Shown: piece after piece, positions 57,901 through 64,000 of the stretch
Layout: the number at the start of each line of letters is the position of its first letter
Position numbering within the stretch: position 1 is the stretch's first letter
Origin: Bugula neritina
Taxonomy: Eukaryota; Animalia; Bryozoa
Reading direction: 5' to 3'
DNA length: 64,000 nucleotides
Assembly: GCA_964035545.1 (NCBI GenBank)
Contig: OZ037772.1
Span: 7,176,889-7,240,888, forward strand
Notes under the pieces: model-generated
Databases searched by the model: none
The model's input: only the letters and a program-made list of their open reading frames with translations
What the model was told of the DNA's origin: nothing
Position numbers and translations under genes: made by a program

Positions 57901-60900
57901 TATAGATTGCCAGCTGGAAGCTTCATTTAGCTACATCTGTTGAGACTGGCCATATCTACTGTGATACAATAGATAGCAAAAATATCTTTAAAGTTACTAA
58001 TTTGAGATTGGTCTATAACACCTCCCTACCCAACCACCATCTCCCTATTAAGAGTTGTGGCTACAAAACTAGCTTATGAATTATCATAAGCCAACATTCA
58101 CGTTTTCTAAACTCAATTTTAGAGTTGTGCTCACTTTGAGTTATGGAAAGGTAACTCGGAATACCTGTATATCTATTAACATGTTGTATGCTCTAGTCCT
58201 AGTTATGAGTGTATCTTGTACCATCTTTTGCTGTGAAATTGACTGCAAGAAATAAATTCAGCCAGAATTAGCCTGTATAACTCGAACCAACAAATTATTG
58301 TTCTACTAACCCTGATGTGGCCGTGCAGAAATTGTTATATAAGCAGCTCCCAGTTGGAGGTGATTGAGTGCAGTAGTTTGCAGTTCTATAATCTTGTGAA
58401 CAGGCGCTACTGCACTCATTCACCCCCAAACTCAGAGCTGCCTATAGAGCAATTCACTCTGGAGTGTTTTTCTTTTACATTCAGAGAAATCATAGCCCTA
58501 GTTCTCTTACAGGAAATCTCTGCAGCTCTCCAAACAGCTAGGAGACTTGGCGCTAGAAGCTCAGGCTTGCTATAGCCTGGGAAACACTTTCACTCTTCTG
58601 AGAGACTATCAGTCTGCCATACAGTATCACCAGAGACACCTGAGTATAGCACAGGAACTACAGGACAAATTGGGACAGGTTAGTTGGGACTCTTCAACCA
58701 CCCATCCGCTGTAACATTCATGATGGCTTCAGAATTTAGGCTAATTGAGGTACTCTGTAACGGGAAATGATAAGGTTTTGCTAAGCAGTTTTATTGCATA
58801 AGAATATCTGAAGTTCCCATTTACTCACTTTATTATGCTGTTAGCCTTATATCTAACATATTAACCTCTAAATTGTAGGGGCGGGCATACTGGAGTCTCA
58901 GCAACGCCCACACTGCTCTGGGAAATCACCAAAGAGCTATGCACTATGCTCAGCTACATCTCGACATATCTCGCGACATCGGAGACGAGGCGGGAAAGGC
59001 GGCAGCGTCGGCTAGCCTTAGAGACCTACAGATTGCGATAGGCATCACCAGCACCCCCAACTCAGGTGAGTAGCCTGTCACTAATACTAACATAGTAGAG
59101 CTGCGCTAGTACTCAATACTCAAGTAGAGCTGTGCCAGTTCAGCTGATGTAGAGCTGTACCAGTTCACGTAATGTAGAGCTGTGCCAGTTCAGGTAATGT
59201 AGAGCTGGGCCAATAATCAACTATTTAGATATGACTGTGTAAACTAGTGTAAGTACTGTAGATGTAGGTGTAAGTACTGTAGATGCAGGTGTAAGTACTG
59301 TAGAGGCAGGTGTAAGTACTGTAGATGCAGGTGTAAGTACTGTAGATGCAGGTGTAAGTACTGTAGATGCAGGTGTAAGTACTGTAGATGCAGGTGTAAG
59401 TACTGTAGATGCAGGTGTAAGTACTGTAGATGTAAGTGTAAGTAAAGATGTACACATACTGTTGCAGATCCACTCAGTAAAAAGAGGAACAGCATGGACA
59501 GATTGGACATCATACAGATGAGTCCCATCTCCTCTGAAAACAGGTGCTACTACATGTTCAATGTGTATAATACTTGTATATAACTGTAATGGGGCCAGTA
59601 GAGCGGGCCTGTATGGTGGCCCGGTAAAGGGGTTCAGTAACAGATCAGTTCATGGTGCAGGAAGAGAACTCAAAGTGCTGTTGGGTTTTCCAAGATATAA
59701 AAAGTGCGTCTGGAAATTCTGTTTTATAAAATTAGAATAAAAAAATCTTCAAAGATATGAAAAGTAATTATGAAGATTAAAATATTTAAATATCTTTTCT
59801 TGTATATATTTAATAACGCCATTATATTATATTTCATCGTATTGTGAGTTTGTTTTGGAGTTTTACTCCCCTTTGTTACTCTCCAGTGTCAATGGAGAAA
59901 GCCGACCAAATAGACTGGGAGGAGACAGTAAGAACACATCCAGGTCGAGCACGCCGTCTACCACCCCTTCCAACACTCCAGTCACACCTCTCAGAGCACT
60001 GCCCAACCACCTGCTCAACACCAGCAGGGTTGTCTCCCCCAACTCCAGCAACGATGAGGAGAATTTCTTTGACATGCTTTACAAGTTCCAGGGGAGACGA
60101 TTAGATGATCAGCGGACCTCAATGCGACTCACCAACGGAGCTGCTTCTCACAAGATAGGTCAGTTGACAGGTGTCAGTTCTTTAACAGGTGCCAGCAGGT
60201 GTGTGTTAGCTGCCAGGTGTCAGCATGTGTCTGTCAGTTGGCAGGTGTCAGTCATTTAGCAGGTGTATATCAGCCGGCAGGTGTCAGCAGATATGTGTCA
60301 GCTGACAAGTGACAACCAGTGTCAGTTGGCAGGTGTCAATCAATAGGCAAGTGTCAACAATCAGGTTTCCGTGTCTAAAGTTAAACAATAACTTGAAATA
60401 TAGTTGATTCAGGTCCTGCTACTCTAACAAGGCAGACCGGAGATAGTTATATCAGGTGTGGAAAGTTTTTTCTTTTACTGCAACAGATATTGTATCACAT
60501 CATTGGACCAGCATTGGCGGCTTTAAAGTTATTTTATGTCTTGTCAAGCAGATAAGGCTTCCATGTGATGCTTCCATCTACACCGTATAATGCATATGTA
60601 ATATATAGTGTGGTGCAACTAGATTTCAAAGTCATCAGGACATTGGTTCATCGTTTCGTTACCAAATTTTTGAATTCAAATATATCCAAATGAGTGATTG
60701 AGATTCATGTTTTCTGCTTTCGCGTTCAGTCGCAGTGCGGTATGACTTCCGTGTATAAGTGTATAGGTTATTGGTAGATTACGGGGAGCCAATATGGCCG
60801 ACTTCACACATCCTGTCGATAGTTTTTCATCTGTTGCTGACTTTGTGTTGCAGAAGACACGAAGAAGGAGCAGCTGATGGACATTGTCGCCGGAGTTCAG

Positions 60901-61050
60901 GGGTCAAGGATAAACGACCAGAGGGCAAACTTTCCCGGTCTCCGTGGCAACCAGAGAAACGTGATGAGTCAGCTGCTATCAGAAGGGACAGCGGGGCGGG
61001 GAGGGGACGTCCCCGATGATAATTTCTTTGATCAGCTGATGAGGTGTCAG
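50504..61050 (+). CDS. GPSM2: G-protein signalling modulator (LGN/AGS3/Pins; TPR repeats plus GoLoco motifs), 3' end beyond window
   Basis: Exons 50504-50606 (MEGSCLQLALEGERLCKSGD), 51755-51872, 54994-55129, 55813-55885, 56687-56880, 57399-57514, 58513-58678, 58879-59065, 59468-59543, 59887-60158 (GoLoco1 FFDMLYKFQGRRLDDQR) and 60854-61050 (GoLoco2 and start of GoLoco3). All phases are consistent. Likely co-ortholog of vertebrate GPSM1/GPSM2. Confidence 0.95.
54765..54965. repeat. About 20-bp degenerate repeat (TACAGTGTAATATATATACC) with (TA)n tract
   Basis: Visible just upstream of the GPSM2 exon 3 acceptor. Confidence 0.8.
55206..55417. repeat. 25-bp minisatellite (AGTAACTAGTGACAGTTATACTCAC) x about 8
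   Basis: Near-identical tandem copies in GPSM2 intron 3. Confidence 0.95.
56101..56700 (+). repeat. 30-bp tandem repeat x20 spanning the GPSM2 intron-4/exon-5 splice acceptor
   Basis: Unit CTGTATTTCCTGTTAG|GATCACATGACCTT. The last unit runs directly into exon 5 (GSHDPGEFPEQVREAL). Confidence 0.97.
59248..59445. repeat. 21-bp minisatellite (GTAAGTACTGTAGATGCAGGT) x about 9
   Basis: Tandem copies ending about 25 bp upstream of GPSM2 exon 9. Confidence 0.95.
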
Positions 61051-61149
61051 GTGAGGTCCCCCTTATTTGTATCTTGTTTTGTTGTAAGAACTTGGGCAAC
61101 GTAGACCTTCCTTTCTTTGAGTGCAGTCTGGGTGGATGATTAAGGAAAG

Positions 61150-61424
61150 AAAAACTCACGCAAGTTTATGGTCACTATCCCTGTGAGAAGCCCCTTATGG
61201 AAAAGGGCTTTTGTTAAATCGGGCTAAAGACTTATTCAGATGGGGCACAGGAGCAATTATGACTGGATGCCCTTCCTGACATTAACAATGACTTCGTCAG
61301 GTTCGAAAGGTCATTGGTGATGTTAGGAAGAGCATCTACCCATAATTGCTCTGTACCTCATCTGAAGAAGTCCTTAGCCCGATTTAACAAACAACTTTTC
61401 CCATCAGGGGTTTCTCACAGGGAT
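61150..61424. mobile_element. Head-to-head inverted pair of truncated SINE copies
   Basis: 61150-61308 is the SINE on the minus strand and 61308-61424 is the SINE body on the plus strand. Confidence 0.85.
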
Positions 61425-61874
61425 TTGTTCCTTTGAAATATTAATTTCCCCATTTTACTGGTGAAATTCACATACATAGACTAAAGGCTATACAATAATT
61501 ATCCAAATTCTGATTGCCACAGTGTCTTACAAAGTCAGTCCTTTAAAGTCTTTGAGTCAGCTATATCAAGTCGCCAAGTCACTCACTCGAGTGACCAAGT
61601 TACTGTCTCAAGTCACTCAGTTACACCACAGCTGCCTCATTACTCCCCATATTGTTATCCACTAAATGCTGTTTACAAGAATATAAGTGCTTGTTTTAAA
61701 GTGGCACATCAGTTCCTAGCAGTTTTAGATTGGATTGCGGGCGTGTGATCAGCTCCCCTTCCTTAGCCCTCGTTACACAGGCTATGACAAGTGTTTATTA
61801 TCTGATAGCAGGAGAATCAATACGTAATACACTTGTGATTACAACTCAATTATTTACACATGGCTGTCGTATAA

Positions 61875-62855
61875 TATACAATATAACTAGTATATAATAT
61901 ACAGTATATCTATGGTATATGATATACAGTATAACTATGGTATATGATATACAGTATAACTAGTATATACTATACAGTATAACTAGTATGTAATATACAG
62001 TATAACTGGCATATAATATACAGTATAACTGGTATATAATATACAGTATAACTAGTATGTAATATACAGTATAACTAGTATATGATATACTGTATAACTA
62101 GTGTATAATATACGGTATATCTAGTATATAATATACAGTATATCTAGTATATGATATACTGTATAACTAGTGTATAATATACAGTATAACTAGTATATGA
62201 TATACAGTATATCTATGGTATATGATATACAGTATAACTATGGTATATGATATACAGTATAACTAGTATATACTATACAGTATAACTAGTATATACTATA
62301 CAGTATAACTAGTATGTAATATACAGTATAACTGGCATATAATATACAGTATAACTGGTATATAATGTACAATAGTACTAGTATGTAATATACAGTATAA
62401 CTAGTATATGATATACTGTATAACTAGTGTATAATATACGGTATATCTAGTATATAATATACAGTATATCTAGTATATGATATACAGTATAACTAGTATA
62501 TGATATACAGTATAACTAGTATATAATATACAGTATAACTAGTATATAATATACAGTATAACTAGTATGTAATATACAGTATAACTAGTATATAATATAC
62601 AGTATAACTAGTATGTAATATACAGTATAACTAGTATATAATATACAGTATAACTAGTATATAATATACAGTATAACTAGTGTATAATATACAGTATAAC
62701 TAGTATATAATATACAGTATAACTAGTGTATAATATACAGTATAACTATAGTATATGATATACAGTATAACTAGTATATAATATACAGTATAACTAGTAT
62801 GTAATATACAGTATAACTAGTGTATAATATACAGTACAACTAATATATAATACAC
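61875..62855. repeat. 23-bp minisatellite (TATAACTAGTATATAATATACAG) x about 42
   Basis: About 1 kb tandem array in the GPSM2 intron after the GoLoco exon. Confidence 0.96.
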
Positions 62856-64000
62856 ACTGTTCATGTATGAAGTTCTGGTATGAACCATATTATTTGGTAA
62901 TAAACAAAGTTTGTGTGTTAAATTTAGCCACTAGAGTTGAAATACTGAGCCCAAATCAGTATTGAATCACTATACATATTTTTGTTAAGTAAAACAAAGC
63001 TTTATGGAATAGGAAAGACAATTCTATACAACTTTGAAAGGTCATTTATTGATTAGGTAATTCTCCATCAGCTGAAAGCTCATAAAACGTATTTATAATT
63101 GATAAGTAATTCCCTCCTATCACAAAGTCATCATTCAAATCAAACAAACATTCAACTAATACCAGCTCAATAAACTCTGCATCGCTAACCCTGCTTGAGA
63201 ATGCCAAGATGTGCAGCTATTGGGCTCTGTAATCAGTCTGCTTAGCCTCAGAGTGTTACCAGGTGTGAGGGGAGGTAGACAGCCTTTCCCAAAGCTGCCT
63301 CAATGCTAGCCTGAGGGCAGCTACGCTGTTTATTTATCAATAGGCATTCAGCTGCTAGCTATGGGCTAGGTTGTTGAGATGTGGCATTATAGTTGTTAGT
63401 ATACACACAGCCTACACTCTGGGGTATAGAACAACTGTGCACTCTGTAATAGAACAACAGCACGCCTATATCTGCACACAGCTTAGCTTTGGCTATTCCT
63501 TTACCACGTCTGTAAGTTTTACTGCTTTCGTTACAAAATAGTAATCTAAGCGGTGTTTAATTTTTAGGCATAATAAAAATTCCACCTCTCACCTGGTAAA
63601 TTAAATGGAAGAAGTAGTTGGTGTTTAATGGAGAAATCTGAAATTTTCTCGTCTTGAATTTGTTGATGTTGGTTTTTTTAGTCATGGAAGTATTTTTGGT
63701 AATCTTTTAATTTCTTGTAGACATAATGTTTTGTGTTGTTATTTTATTATTCATCGTTTTATTGTATTGGTTTGTTGCACATTTGAAATTTGCCTAAACT
63801 GCTAAAATACTGCTTCTGATACTATTTTATCTCACAGTTTATGGCTTGAATACATTGACAATGCCTGTCATAGCCTAAATTTCATAAACTTCATAGGTTA
63901 TGGGGTTGCTAGTCACTCTGCCCCAAGCTGATCTACAGTTAATGCTGTCTTTCAGTACATTTATAGATATTAAAGCCTTCTTTTGTTAGCCTCAGTATTT

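Noticed and set aside
59221-59528. Minus-strand repetitive ORFs (TVLTPAS)n and (HLQYL)n
   Set aside because: Antisense translations of the 21-bp intronic minisatellite.

Overview
AT-rich, intron-containing animal genomic DNA, probably invertebrate (inferred from gene and transposon content; species not determined). All gene models were built by hand from splice sites and reading-frame phase. Positions 1-19 kb are a graveyard of decayed Ty3/Gypsy LTR retrotransposons (at least 4 related copies, two with a tRNA-Leu primer binding site). They surround an unidentified 5-exon minus-strand gene (6203-8251, 371 codons) broken by a single in-frame TAG. Positions 19-35 kb hold a decayed duplicate of the downstream TRIM-5'/PLPP6-3' region, TA and GA microsatellites, a LINE 3' end, a large 30-bp minisatellite block, a full-length Tc1 relic and a TA-targeting MITE family. 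Positions 36-64 kb hold three recognisable genes: a RING/B-box/coiled-coil/beta-propeller TRIM (minus), a PLPP6-like PAP2 phosphatase (minus), and a head-to-head GPSM2/LGN/Pins gene (plus, running off the window end). The most striking feature is in GPSM2: the intron-4/exon-5 splice acceptor has been amplified into 20 tandem 30-bp units. 19 of them retain an in-frame AG and the array is stop-free in the exon frame, so acceptor choice could insert 0-190 aa of (GSHDLLYFLL)n into the TPR domain.
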